Positions 36,401 to 51,400 of a DNA stretch of 64,000 bases are shown here, piece by piece. Position 1 is the stretch's first letter, and each line of letters starts with the position of its first letter. The notes under the pieces were generated by a model, which was not told the DNA's origin, did no database searches, and worked only from the letters and a program-made list of their open reading frames with translations. This stretch comes from Bugula neritina (taxonomy: Eukaryota; Animalia; Bryozoa): positions 13,277,675 through 13,341,674 of the forward strand of contig OZ037768.1 of the NCBI GenBank assembly GCA_964035545.1, in the 5' to 3' direction. The translations under genes and the position numbers were made by a program.

Positions 36401-39400
36401 AGTCAGGCAGTTATTATATGTCATAACTGTGTTGTTATAATGTTGCAAGGATCTAAGTCTGGCTTTTAGCTAGGGAAGCAGTTTCACTTGTGTTGACATG
36501 TATTTAGGAAAATTTTGGGTTCGTCAGTCAAGAGTTTGTGTGTTTACTTGTTAAAGAGTTACTAACAGGAAAATTGTAAAACAAATGAGAACTTCATCAA
36601 CAAAACAATGATCTAGCATGAAAGTTTGACAGTTATTGAAGGTATGATGAATGCAATGGCTTAAAACACATTTATATTCTAGACCAGAAGAATTGAGCAG
36701 CTGTGCTTACTCAGTACGCCATTTAAACTGGCTTTCTCAGACGCTGCTCTGTCTAGTCAGAAGTGATGACTCAGGCAGAAGTTCTCTCTGTGTTTTATCT
36801 GTAGATGAACAGAACTCAACACTTCGCCTGGAGTAAGTCTTTAGATTACTTTTAAACTTGTCATCTCAGTGGAGGGGAGAACATGTCTCTGTCAAATGGT
36901 TTGCTGGGAAATTCGGCTTCTCCCAATTAAGGTTTTCCTCTGCTCCTGTGTCTATTCACTCCCGACAAAATGAAATCACCTTAGTTGATGTCAATATAAC
37001 TCTATACGACTCTAAGTCATGGATGGTACTGGGTGAAGCAATAGTTTTTATTAGTTTATTCCTCATTATTATGAGATCTGCATACACACACAGTTTTAAC
37101 GGCCATGTTTGGTGACTTCATTCAAGGAAATATATTTGATTATGTAAAGTCTCTTTGCCGGGACTATGTGCTTGTCTTAATTATTTATAATTTAGCTGAA
37201 AAGTTATCTTGGCAATATCACAACAGTTTCACTGAAATCTCTGTAGCACCTGCTTCAAAAAAAGTTGGTGGAAGCAGGTTTTTTATGTTTTACTGTCTTG
37301 GTTAGCCAATCATAACAGTGTGTCTCTGTCTCTGTTTAATTTAGTGGCGCAAATCAATATAAAAAATTGGTCATGAAATTTGTTGTGTAATTAGTTTGGC
37401 CTGGTGCTTAGCGTCATGAGAGGTTAAGATTCACTTTTTGCCAAGTTTCCTCGGTAGTCGACAGTTTTCAGACTAAGTCACTCGCGCGAAGGATGTCCAC
37501 TGCGTCACTAACCAACTGTTGACATTTTGTATGATTTGCCAAAATCACAGCCGCAGCCCAAGACCAATTCTTTGTTATTCTAATGATGTGGATGAGATAA
37601 TGACTTGATTATTTGCATTACAATTTTTTTCTTTATAATTGATTACTAGTCAAGTTTTTGTGTGTCTTTTGTAATTGTTTTTTGCCATCATCTTGATCTA
37701 CTAGAATGTGGGTGTGATCAGCAGACCACAGATGGGTTGTTAGTTGAAATATTTTAACTTATGATCCTTTAAAAAAGCTTTTTTGGTTTCCTAGGTGTAT
37801 GGCCTGTCACATGGTCTGTATCACCTGTAACAAGGTACCTTTGCCTGCTGCACACCTACATGTTTCTTTATTTATAGGAATGAAAAAAATGTAGATTTAG
37901 TCACTGCTACCTGTACTTCAAAAGGAAGACTGGTGTTACAGTACAATGATGGCTCCGTGTGGGTTTACACAGGCAATGGTATTTATCTCTTTTCCTCTCA
38001 AGTAGCTCTTCTCCCACTGTCCAATAAGGATGAGTTGTGGTAGAAATTATACATTCAATTACGTAACTAATGGGATGTTTATTTTTTATGGTATAATCTA
38101 TTATATACGCTGGTTGTTAATTTGATTATGGGTACTTATGGATACTTAAGTGGTTGTGTACCTAGTAGACAGCCTGAAGATGCTTGTTTATAACATTCTG
38201 GTTGTGGGATTTGGAGACAAGAGGTGGTAACCAAGAAAAGGAGAATTAGATCAGAGTTCTGTTTAGCTGGTTTCCTACTAACTCTAAATCTAATGTAAAA
38301 CTCATCTTACTGGAGATTAAGGATTTAAATATTGCTATTGTTTTCATTTACACGTTAAATACTTTATAATATAATTGTATTGATGATCCTAACCTTGGTG
38401 GTTTCTTCTAACCAAGTTAGACAAAAGAATGAGCTTTTAAGTATTTTTCGGCAAAGCTTAAGGTTATGGTCTCTTAACTAATTCTCTTATCCAAGCCTTG
38501 GAGTTCTTTCATGGAAGTCTTAAGTTATGATTTCTTGTACTTTAATGTTCTGGTTTATATTTTAGCAACAAAATGAAATTCTCACTTTGATGCATTGGTA
38601 CACCTGCACAGTTGCTCATCAGTTTTCAGGCACCGGTTACCAGCTCTACTCCATAAATACTTCCAAAACTGTCAACTGTCTGTCAACTCTTAACTTTGTA
38701 TTTTTGGTATAAAAGTACATAATTGAAATTCACACATTTTTCATGAACAGTTTGCACACCTCCTCTGTCTGAATCAAATTAGACAACCGTGTAGGCAAAA
38801 CCAACACTATCATCCAACAATCACATAAAACAATTGCATATTTTAGAATATTCAGCGTATCAATTGGGGAATGGTTCTAATTTAGTCTTCCCAGTCGCTT
38901 GCCAGTCAATACAAGTCTGTACATTTGATGATCAGGTAACTATGTATTGTTTACTTGCAATCATATACTATATGCATAATATAATTGCGTTCTGGATTAT
39001 GATGTGTCATCATTTGACTGTTTAAGAGATGTGAAATATTCCTCAACCCACATAACAACAATCATTATATTCAACTTTAGTGTTGGTGACTTGAGGAAGC
39101 CCATAATTATTAAGAGTATAAACTCGCAACACGTTTTCCCCTTACGTAGGGATTTGCTGGTGTAACTGCCTCTGTTTATGAGATGTATATTCATATCACC
39201 TTGTCCCTTCCTGTTACTTCATCAATTATTTGTACTCTGACAATAATAAAATATTAATACGTGTGCTTGTCATACTCTTACTATATTAACGTCACTACTG
39301 TACATTCAACTTATTAAGCCTGTAGTAATGGAATGATAATATTCTACACGGCAGTCCCAAACAGACTCAGTGTTCACTCATGCAGGTGGTGAAATGATAA

Positions 39401-42400
39401 ATTATGTATTCGTACCAGTCTATTTGAACTAAAGACTCGGGCAAATCTTGTTTATTCATGCAGATTATCTTTTTTCCAACTGTTTTTGATGTTTTTTTTC
39501 TTATAATTGTTGAATCATAAACTGTTTACAAAAATACACCATTTACAGGGGAATGAACCTACTTTAATATGGCTATTACCTTAAACCATATCATTTTATT
39601 AATAGTTTGTTGAGTTATTTTCAATCGTTCTACTTTTTTAAGTTGATGACACAAGTTTCATTGATGCTTTCCTTCTGTTGACCAAGTATTAGACTGTACT
39701 AATTAATCAACTCTTAATAAAAGTTCATGAAAATATTTAAAATTAAAACTAGAGTCTAAGAAATTGTACTAACAGTATAAGTTTCAATTCTTTGCATGCA
39801 GGAAGCCGTTGTTGGCCTTTCTCAGAGATATCGTCTGTTTGTTAATGACAAAGAAATAGCCACAAACTGCACCTCCTTCTCTATTCACGATGATTTCCTT
39901 TTGCTCACAACTCACTCGCACACTATTAGGTGCATTAACAGGGCAACTCCCCTGAACAGTGAGTAGACAACTCCGGGAAATTTATAATAAAGTACTTATA
40001 CCTGTTACACCGTACAGTAGACTTACTTACCAGTAAACTAGAATTTGTGAAATTAAGCTTGGACTAACCAAATGTACAGCTTAACATAGTTTTAAGGATT
40101 GGTTTGCATTAAAAGTCATTCTTACAAACCTCAATTCCCTTAGAATTTGTTTGCTTGGTTTATTAGATGCTTTAAATTTGCATTTTTGTTGGCTGATGAG
40201 CCAGATTACTTCTTGAGCTCAAAGATTTGGCCATGTTTAAATTTTTAGCAAAAAATAGGTTTTACTCTACAATATATGCTTTGCCTACGTGTGGGATGTG
40301 TCAGTTAGCATTTTTCATGTATAAATTTAATTAATTATAATTTTTTGTTCAATGCATGTATTTAATCTTCATGGGCAGCCAAATTTAAACCGGCTAAATT
40401 AACAAACTTAGTGCATCTAAACAAAAAATGAAATTGGTATGTTTATTTCACCTTGTCTCATTAAGTTACCAATGCTACAGATCTAAACTGCCATATAAAT
40501 AATTTATTATATATTTAAAAGTTTTTGTCTACATATTTATGAGCTTTACCAGAAAGTAAAGACTAGAGTTATTTGCTTATGGTCATAAGCCAGCTTGGGA
40601 ATCATTAAGAGGAACCAATTATCATTTAACAAAATAATGTTGATTCAAGCTACTATTAAAAAGTTTAATTGAGCCGACATTGTTTTAAAAATACTTTATA
40701 TATCTGTTGTATAGTATATAAAGTAAGCAAAACAGAAGAGAATATTTTGGTTAAAAGTAGCTATGAAGAAGCAACGTATAGTTATTACAAGAAATGCTTG
40801 ATCACCATGTTTGTACCTGACCACTGATGGTATCGATTAGCTGACTCATTTGCACATAGTTGACCTTAACTTAGGTATTTGTAACTAAAGTCAATCGTAT
40901 GTCTTGGTAGTTACTGGAAATTTATACATTTAGATTAATACAAAAATATATTAAGTCATTGCTTATATAACTGCAATATTCAATGTTGATCAATACATTC
41001 CCTAATCCAACGATTTCGCTGTGTTTTGATAGTATTCTCTGGGAAAAATGACTCATTCTAAAATTTCTATTCCCAGGTGCGGCTTTTCAAGTTTTTTTTT
41101 CAAAAATATTTTACCATATTTTGATACGTTACAGCATTTTCTCTATTAATTTATAATTTCAGCTGTCAAGTTATGAAAGAATTCTCTTCAATTATATTCT
41201 TACATTAGTATTAGAATGAGTAAGGCTACTTGTAGAGCTATCCTCACTCAGTGATGGCAAGACCCATATATTCGACGAGACTGTGAGGAGAGTGGAAAGA
41301 GGCTCTCGTATTGTCACCTGCGTGTCTGATGGCACTAGTGTGATTCTGCAGATGCCAAGAGGCAATCTAGAGGGCATTCATCCCCGGGCCCTTGTCCTCT
41401 CTACTGTTAGAAAGATGTTAGACAGGTTAGCGTTCCAAGTGACGATTAGCACCTGCAGTGACAGATTGAATTTTGACAATTTTGATAGACATCTGTATGA
41501 CATCGCACTTTGTCGTACTTATTGACGATTGCATTTAACTCATTAAGTACTTCTTCAGTAATAAAAACAATTGTTTTTCTTTTTTTCCAACATTAAAGAA
41601 GCTGCTTAATTATGTTCAGTTTTTATCCGAATTACGTTTTTGGGGAAAAGTTACATAAGTCATTTGCTACTCAAAATTAACTTAGTCATTACGGTTTTGA
41701 AAAGATACAGACACAAGATGTAAGGTTTGAGAGTGTAAACTGTATGTGATAGTGTTGCAACTTGCACATCTCATTGTTCCAATTAGCTCACCTATGGATC
41801 TACTCCTTGGGAGATAGTAATTGAAGATGTTTTAGAACAATAATATCCAAAATACATTGAGTTTTTCCTCTTTTTTTTAACAAGCAGCTGTACAATCCCC
41901 ACAGTTGGTTGGTGCGGGCCATTGCCTCATAGGCGTGTCAAGGGTTCAAGTCCAAAGTTATGGCTCATCAGTCACCAGTTCAGCCATGTTGATATTTGCT
42001 TACAACTTTGTATACTTTATGTGCAATAAATAATGGAATATTTTCATTTTGCGTGACTACTGGTAAACAACAAACAAAAACAGCAAAAGCTTTGTTATAT
42101 CATGAGTTTCATTGATTGATTAAAACCTGATATACACCAGCAGTGGTACAATATTTACCAATTCATTGGTTATGATTTAGAGAATGTTTCTGACAGAAAG
42201 ATGTTGTTTCAAATGATAAGAATTTCAATTAAGTAGTTATCTGTGTCCAGGCACATGCTTCAAACGAGTTTAGGCCGCTGGACGACCTTCCCTTCACTTT
42301 GTGTTTTCATTTCAATGTGGTAAAGTGCCAATAGTATTTTGCCTGTTTGTCATGAAAAAAAATTGCGCATGCTGGCGAAGAGGAATAACAGTCTTTAATG

Positions 42401-45400
42401 ATATTTTTTAATTATACATTTTTGAACATTGCTCAAGTTTAATTTTTAAAGATTAATTTTGGAACAAAAATTTTTTTCAAAATAATCAATTCCTCCCACT
42501 ATGTATGTAGAAACTCTAGAAGGTGTAGGACCTGAAGGTTCAGCCCATTGCAATGGCTATTTCACTGGCTACTTAATTTATTGTTCAGATGTTACTGAAT
42601 CACATTTAATTGAAAGGATGCCAAGTGACATTTTTGTATTTTAATTGGTAAACAGAATGCTTTCAAGTTGTCCTTTCGAAAGGCCTTTAGCTCTGCGTTG
42701 AATATGCATAATTCAATTAAAAAATATTAAAAATCACCATTTTTTTCTAAATTAAAATGTCATTTTTTGTTATTTGATTTTCACAATTTGCCACCAGTTG
42801 TTAGCTTTATGTTGCATATTTTGGCAGTTATCACCCTTACAATTACCCAGTTGATAAAAACTTCAATCTTCTCATCCATCCAAATCTATATATCCTCGCG
42901 TATGATGTTTGCATAATTCTAATTATCAGCTTTTAATTACTTTGTTTTTTGTTTTACCCAGATTGGCGTACAAGGAAGCTTTCCTACTTATGCACCGTCA
43001 TCGCATCAACATGAATTTGATCTGTGATCATGACAGAAAGTGTTTTCTTAAAAACGTTTCCCTCTTCATCGAACAGCTTCAGTCCACCACATATCTGAAT
43101 CAGTTCATCACAGATTTACAGTTAGTATTGTTTAGACTTACTTTAGACTTACATCTTTCCAGCACTTGACAGTTGAGAAGTGTTTAGATGAAGCAATGCT
43201 CTGTAGATATGGAGTTGTGCAAGAAAGCTTTTAAAGAGCAATTTTGAGTGATTTTCAGATTTTAGTGAACTCACCTTTTATTATTGAAGGTTTAGTTGTG
43301 AAATAAGTGTTTTGATCTGTATAATCAGAATATTGGTTCATCTGCACTAAACCGGGTGCTTTCGGTTAGTCTATGATGGCCTTGGTCACCTTCACCTTGT
43401 GATTTGGAGTATGGTAAGATCAAAGAACTGGTAAGGTACTCATGTTGTTTACGTTGTTGCTCGGCAATTTCACTGTTGGCCAGCGCCATAGCCATGTTGG
43501 AGATATCGTCAGATGGATCTGTGCCATCGTACTTATTTATCGGATTTTCTAGCTAACTGTTTATTTGAATTCCTTGGCACTTGAAACTTTAGGGCTTAGT
43601 AAGAATGTACAAAAACTCTAAATTCTTTAATAATTTAGATTTTAAAATTTGCTCCAGGATATGGATCTTGTTTATTTCACGCCCAAAGATTACAGCCTTG
43701 TGTAAAACTAATTAAATGCTCATAAACAAGTTTGAAATATTAAATCATAATTGTGTAAGTGTGTGTACCTGCTCACATATGTACGCTAACACTAACGTAT
43801 ACACAAATTACACAAATCACTGATGTGTAAGTAATCCAGTTCAAATCTTTTTTTATTGACGATTCATCAGCCTTCAACACAAAAGTTTTCTCCCCGTGTT
43901 AATATTTGTTGAGTTATGCTACCATAGCTAAGGGAATCTGTGTTTTGTTATGAGCTCAAGTTTTTTTTATATAAATTACTATTTGAAAAAAACATTCTGT
44001 AGTGAAGTTATTAAATTATTAAACGTTACTTATAGAAGGCATTAAAATATATTAGTTCCACAAGTTTTTAAGGTTTGAAAGCTAAATGGCAGTTTTGGTT
44101 TAAAGCAAATTGTGGGCAAAAATTTTTGGCTTCGACTCTTAGGAAATGGCATTGCAACTTCTCTGCTCACTCAACTGTGTAGGTCCAATGAACCAATCAA
44201 ATGCGGTAATTAATATCAATATATTCATTATTATTTGCTAAGAAATATTTTGACATAGGGTTTTAGGATTTTAGATGTCAAAGTGCAAAACATTAAGTTG
44301 ATTTAAATGTCATATTGTCATTTATTTTTTGTTTCAATTTATTTTTAGAGTTAATTGATTAAACCTATCATGATTCATATAATCAAGTAGCTACTCAAAC
44401 TTTTTAATAATCTAAACAGTGCCAAATACTAGAAAAGGTTCAGGATAAATTGAGAGTGGTTGAAGTTATAGGTCCTGTATAATTAGAGCTTGTGTACAAA
44501 TTTTCCTTGAAGCGCACAACAGCACATTGTTCAGGTCTAACATGGTATCCAAATAGTATATGATTTCTTATCTACGTTATCTTATCAACTCATATTCCCA
44601 AAACACTCATCAGGTGTCTCTTTTAATCTGTCTGTATTTCTGCCAGTATCACTGAGTCCGACTGTGGGTGCAAGATCTAGAGCAAGATTGCTGCTAAACT
44701 TCAGACAGTAGCTTTATGTAGTAGGAATGTAACAACTGGTGTATAGCATTTCGCCTAGTTATATGTTTTTAGTAAATTTAACTGGTCCTAAACATTCTTT
44801 AATGCTCTTTAATGTTAACCTTTTAAGTTAATTTCACTAACATACTTATAGTTATTTTAATGGTGTTAGTAATGACTTGTAGTAGCTGTTTAGTAGTGGC
44901 AGTGCTCATGGTGTAGAAGTTATTAGTTTTGTGGGCAGAATTGAGATATTACAGTTGGCTAATTAACATTTTCTGGAATTAGCAGTGAACTTTTCAGAAT
45001 TGAACATTTTTGGAAAATGTTTCTGATTATCTCTTCAAGCCTTGTAAGTTCAGTTACAGGTTACAGTAGATACTTCTGATTATCTTAAGGTGGCTAGAAT
45101 TCTGTTTTAACCTTAGCTGTAAAGTCAATCTAGAGATCTGGTAAAAATCCTTGACCTCTAAGGGGTCTATGATCTCTACATATTTCTATTGTTGCGGTAG
45201 TTGACTTTCTTGGCATCAGCCTCCAGATTAAAATTTGCTTTCCCATTAACTCACAGCTCCTTATTCTAGTACAGTGCTCCTTCTATATCTCACAGTTTCA
45301 TTTATCACGAAATTTCATAGGTCACGGGAAGGGCTTGGTCCTCCCGTTTTGTGGCTTACATATGTATGTATAAGGACAAAATGGCCGAATTTAACAGATC

Positions 45401-48400
45401 TGTGAGATGAATCTGGTATTCTACTATTTCAGAAATTGAGGTTTCGGGACCTGTAGCTTAGTGAGATACGGAGGGAGCACTGTATTCTGTTTCCTGTATT
45501 AAATTCAATAAATTTTATAATGAATAATTGTATATTAAAAGTGAAGAGGACGTAACACAGTCAATGTACACTGCCTTCTACTGTAACCGTCTGAAAGATG
45601 TGCCACCTGGTCAGGTTCTGTCGAGTAAAGTGGACACTGTGTGTGACGCTCTGATATCCTCCTTCCAACATCTCAACTCTGACAAGTAATGCTCTTAAGC
45701 TATAAGATACTCATCATGTACCCAAGTGGCCAGTTACCAGTACAGTTTGTAATACGTTGTGTAGTATCCTCTTGTGTTTCATCTAAGAGATTATGTATGA
45801 TGGAGCATAATTTATCTAGCCTTATTTCTACACTCCCAAGGCTGGTTTTGGTGGTTTTTCTAATATCTGCCCCTTAAGCCATATACCTTGTTGAAGCAAA
45901 CAGACATTACTAATTCACTACTATATAGAAGTTCCTCAAAAACATTATTTTAGGTTTGACTTTGGCTATAATCTTTGAATTCATATATAATTACCAGACA
46001 CTTGGTTCTTGACAAGTATTTATATGTATGTAATTTTTTGCCATTTCTGATTATGCAATTGTAATCTTAAAATAAAGCTACCCAAACATCCTTAATTGTT
46101 GGCAATTGCAATATCTTCAATTTTTTGTTAGAGATGCCTGTAGATTCATCATTCTGAATGCAGATTAAGTTTTTTAATTGTTTCGCCATTTGCGTTGTTT
46201 AGGTATTTGCTGTGTGTCCTTACTGCTCATGTTAGAAAGTCTACACCTCAGTTAGAAACGGCTCTTCAACTTATTAAATCTCTCAAAGGTAAGCAAACAT
46301 TGCATAATATGTCAGCCGTTCTAGTGTATGCATGTTTCAGTTCCTAAACTCTACATTGATTAAAAAGTATGTAATTTCAACATAGCAAGTAGAGATGTTG
46401 CCCCCACGGTGTAGAGTAAATTGAGTTATTTTATGGTGATATATAACATAGTATATAGTTATAGTGTTGTATTAGTTGTATTGTATTACATGTTTCATTT
46501 GGTAGTAAAATATTAAATATGTAATCATTTTAAGGCAGCATTGTGCTACACCTGTGACCTAATTCATAAGCTATTTACTAGCAAGGCTGATGTTCTGATA
46601 TAATTATTGCACTACAAAATCTATTTGCCATAAACATTTTAATGCTTATTGAGTTTTAAATTCACTAAAAATAATTTTGCAACTCTGCTAGAGGCAGTAT
46701 TATATAAATACACCATGGATAAATATGCAATCTGATTGGCTGTAAGGCATTATATTGCATAACTGAATAGGAATTGCCTTCTCCATTAGATATTTCTCTG
46801 ATACAAGTTAAAACTGTTATTTGACACCAAGCTGTGTACTTATGAAATTAGGAAAATTTGTCGTGTCTTTGAAGCAACTTTGCCAGTTCCTAGTTTTTGA
46901 GATAGATGGTGAATATTAAATACACCAATAAATGACCATGTCCTACTATGTTCTTTACTGTTATTTATATAGGCATTTTCTTCCGTAAACTGAGCATAGG
47001 GGAGGGGTGCCTTAAGGCCTTTATTCATTGATTTTTGTTGCCTGCCTCCATTTTGCCACGGCTGTAAAAATTTACTGCTTATATTTTTAAATGAAATAAA
47101 TTTCAGGATACATAAAGTTTACTTTGTAAGCTAGAAAATAGGATGTGTTGAAATTATCAAGAATGTTTGTCTATTAAAACATTTGGCCACAGTTTAATGA
47201 GGCAAATAATATGTATCTTTGTGATTGCCATTGTTGTTACAAAAACCAGAGTTGATAAACTTGTTAGTGCCTACTGGAAATATTTTCCTTGTTTTTTTGT
47301 TGTTGTAATTATCAGCAATTTCGTTTGATTTAAGACACAAACAAATCGGAGGAAGCGCTAAAATATCTCATGTTCCTGGTGGATGTGAATGAGTTGTATG
47401 ACGTGGCACTCGGAATGTATGACTTTGATCTGGTGCTGATGGTGGCTGAGAAATCCCAGAAGGTATTCTACTGCTCCTTGAGGAGTTAAATGCATTCTTT
47501 TAATCCGGGGTGTCCAACCTTTTCAGACCGAAGGCCACTGAAATGGAATATTCTGGTGGCAAGTGCCACTTTGTAAAATTTAGCTTGTGCAGGGGGCCAC
47601 AGCGTCAGTATTTTTCAAACTATTTTATTCCAAATTCTTCTGAGTTATTACATAATGAAGTCCCAATAATTACTGCAGTATATAAATGAGACATTTAAAA
47701 AGTATTTTTTACTATAAGATTCATATCAATGTGCAAAATAATTTTATAATTTGTTATGGCTGCCTGCCCGAATAGTTTCCCTATTTGAAATATAGTATTT
47801 ATTAAACTCCAGTAAGTTTATAGTCTCCACCCCTGTGAAAAACTCCTAATGGAAGGGCTAAGGACTTATTCAGGTGGGACACAGGAGCAATTATGACTGG
47901 ATGCTCTTCCTAACATCACCAATGGCCTTTACTGGGATTCGAACTCATGAATTAGTGTTTACTAGGCAAAAGCTCTAACCCCTAGACCACAGCTTCTCCC
48001 TTGAAATACAAATGTTTATGGAAACTCTTGCCATTGGCTTGTTAAATCTTCTTCATTTCTTTCATTTGTATTCAACATGAGTGCCACGTGCCAGTCAACC
48101 AACTGTACAGAATCTCAGGTAGACTTCTTGTGCCAAAATACCTTGTCAAACCTTTTATTACTGCCAATATTCAAAGAACAGTGAGAATATCTGCTGACTC
48201 AATATGTCACATGCTCATCATGGCTAAACTAGTTGGTGCTGCAAGGGTTCAAACCCCACCTACCACATGTTATTATCACAATGCATATTTATTATGCAAC
48301 CTCATAATGTGATGTTATGTATACTGTGCCTTCTGTAGCTAGAAATATGGCATCTGTTGGTGCTAATGGTAATTTCTCCGTTCTGTATATCAACCTAAAA

Positions 48401-51400
48401 ATAATACTGTTCGCATATCCTATTTATTTTATGGTAGATGCATGAGTTTCAGTGTAAATAGATTTAATTAGATTAATGTATTACTGAATATTAATGCTCA
48501 CTCCGTTGCTAAATATATATGCACATGGTGCAGGGTAGGTATTTTTGCAAGGTTAAAATCTCTTACATGACATGTGCAGTATTTTCTGTATCCTTCTTAT
48601 GTAGGAGTTACTGATTTATTAACTGATTTATGATTGTTTGTTATTCGTTGTTGGATAAGCTGACAAGCTCTGAAAACCATTTTAATAGAGTGTCATGTAA
48701 TGGATGTTAATTTGCAAAAACTGAACTATTTATTAAGATGCTTTGCATTTGGATGTCCTTTACATAGTTGAGGTAAAACTGACGACTACTCTACCAGGTG
48801 ATAGGCTTTTATATAACATTTAAACTCAGTAGGTGTTTGTGTTCGACGTTGACAGTATTTCAAATGAAAAAAAGCTTTTCCAAAATAGGTTTGTAATTTT
48901 TGTCTATATTTATGTATTGCTTTCAATTTTTTTACTCTATCTGTGTCTCTGTAGGATCCCAAAGAGTATTTACTTTTCCTAAATCATGTGAGAAAACTGG
49001 AGAGCAGTTACCAGAAATACACCATAGACTACCACCTGAAACGTTACTCCAAAGCTCTGTCTCACATCAGCAACTGTGGTAAATGATCAGCTGTGAATGT
49101 CATATCTCTTGGTCTACCACATATAATTATTCTTATTCTTCATTACTTACATCTACTTACATGTTCAAGAAGTCACTCTAAAAACTTTGCAATTTGCATT
49201 TCAGCCAGGCATACGTTTAGCTGTGATATGGCAGTGACCATGACAGGTGACACCACTGCTATGGATGACTCCTCAAAACAGAATTAATTTTTTTTTATTT
49301 AAATAGATAACTATTGTTTTAGTATGAGTCAACATCGGTTTATTTTTTATGTTATATAATTTCGTACTGTTTCCTTCTCTGGCGATGTTCCAGCCATTTA
49401 ACTATAGCAGTGTATGCTATAACTAATTGCCCGAGAGTTCTCGGGTTCAGTGTACTGAGTGGTGCCACATATTTACTGGGCTGGCTGCGAGCGGTCTTTG
49501 TCCAATGGTTAGGGCACTTAAGTAGCATACACAGCGCCAAAAAGGGTCATAATTGATCCAGTGCTATTTTGAAAGACCTCAAACCATGTAACTAGCATGG
49601 GGAAAGGCCCAATCCTTCGTTCACATAAAACTCCTGCCATCAGGAACGGAGACTTCAAAAAACTGCGAGATTTATACTCACTCTGTTTTGCAGAATCATA
49701 AGATGGCGTGTCATTGGCTCTGCTAATCAGTATTACTCAATGTAATGTGACACTGGGTCAATTATGACTCAAAATATATATTTAAATTGAAATTCAAAGA
49801 AATTTTAAAAATTCTCTGCTGATGACTCAAGATGAAACTCGCGTCTGTTTGAAGTCTCGTCCTGTTAGCCTGTAAAGTAGGCCAAGGCTGTGCCTCTCAC
49901 CATGCTGGTTGCATGGTTTGAGGGCTTTCACCGTTGGGCACAGGAGCAATTATGATTGGGTGCTCTTCTTGACATCACCCCAGCGCTCTACCCACTAGAC
50001 CATGGCCGTCCCCATGGCTCAAAATGAAACTGGTTTTCCATTGTTGGAGTAAAACATACATTTTTACAACTAATGTTTGACTAGCCATAACATTATAATA
50101 GAGTTGAAACTAAGTTATATTTACCTCTTGAAAGTGGCATTGAGGCAAGTTTAAACAACATGTCATTTTTCGGAGGAAAAAAAATTAAAATTGTCCTGAA
50201 ATTGATGTTTTGTTTGTTATCTATAATTTTTTGCGTAAAAACAGATTTTAAAATGTTGAATATTGACAAGTTATGCCAAGATCCCAGAACAAAAGCTATT
50301 TATTATGACGTTTTGTTAATCAATTCGCTACCACTGCCCTCTCTCTATTACCAAATTTTACTGTAAATTGCCTTAAACCCTGTGACTGCACACTAATATG
50401 TCATTATCTGACCATTGCCACTATTGCTCCAAGTTATTCTTCCAACATTAATTATTAATGCAGCTTATTAGCCAGCCTCTGTTGTCTTCTAAATGCAAAG
50501 CACCTAGGGTCAGCAGCTTGTTTGTATTTTTAGTTCCTGAAAGATTTACAGAGCTGCTCTCTTTAGTGAAAGAACAAAGGCTTTACTTGGAAGCAATGCA
50601 GATTTTGCCCTGTGCATCCCAAGAACGAGAAGTAGGTGGTAGAGTTTTTGCTTGTTGGTTTTGTTTTGGTGCAAAAAGTATCATCTTCAGTTTTAATTTA
50701 GCAAGCAATCTCGAAACTGAGTTCAGCCACCTTCCAACTACCTGCTAACCTAACCTACCCACTCACTTAGGGTGAAGAAGTATGGCAGTGTAATGTTACG
50801 TAGCTACGAAATTGATTTTTTTGGTTATCATGATTGCTAAATAGAATACAATTCAGAAGCTCTATTTCCAATGAATTTCTGCTTTAAATCCAATTCAATT
50901 AAGTTTGTCTAAAATTATCCGGCAAATGTTTTCTTATGGAAAAAATACTTTTTGCGAATACCTGGAAGCACGGCCCCAGTAGCCACACTTGTTGAGTAAA
51001 TCAAGGCTAAATTTCTGACTCATTCTCTTCTTTTTTCTTAGTTTTAGCTTAGGATTTGTGCCTTAGGTTTTTGCTCTCATTTCATTAACCTAACTTAACC
51101 TTCAAATGACCAAAGAAAATGACTCACTCAGAAGGATGCTGATTATTAAAATTCAATATTTTGTGTATAAGAAAATCAGTTTGTGTTGAAGCACTAATGA
51201 TGATTCAGGAAAGTAAACTGGGATTATCAGCTCTACTTCTGTGTTACTGCATGATTTAATAAAACAGTAGACATTCTGTGGTTTGCAAACAACAAGTTTT
51301 GTAGCTATTTGCACAATTCTTGTGCGTAAAGGAATTGGTTACCAATATCTTTGCGAGATGAATCATGTCAATAAACTGCCTATCATTGATTTGGGCTCAA

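Noticed and set aside
47925-48000. tRNA gene on the minus strand
   Set aside because: A/B boxes are present but the stems do not close, and it continues into a SINE body shared with a second copy.
49815-49850. Hammerhead ribozyme core (ctgatga...gaaac...gtc)
   Set aside because: Stem II does not pair and lacks the R-Y closing pair; the gaaac belongs to the SINE TSD. Similar partial matches at ~40193, ~43865 and ~51982 also fail.
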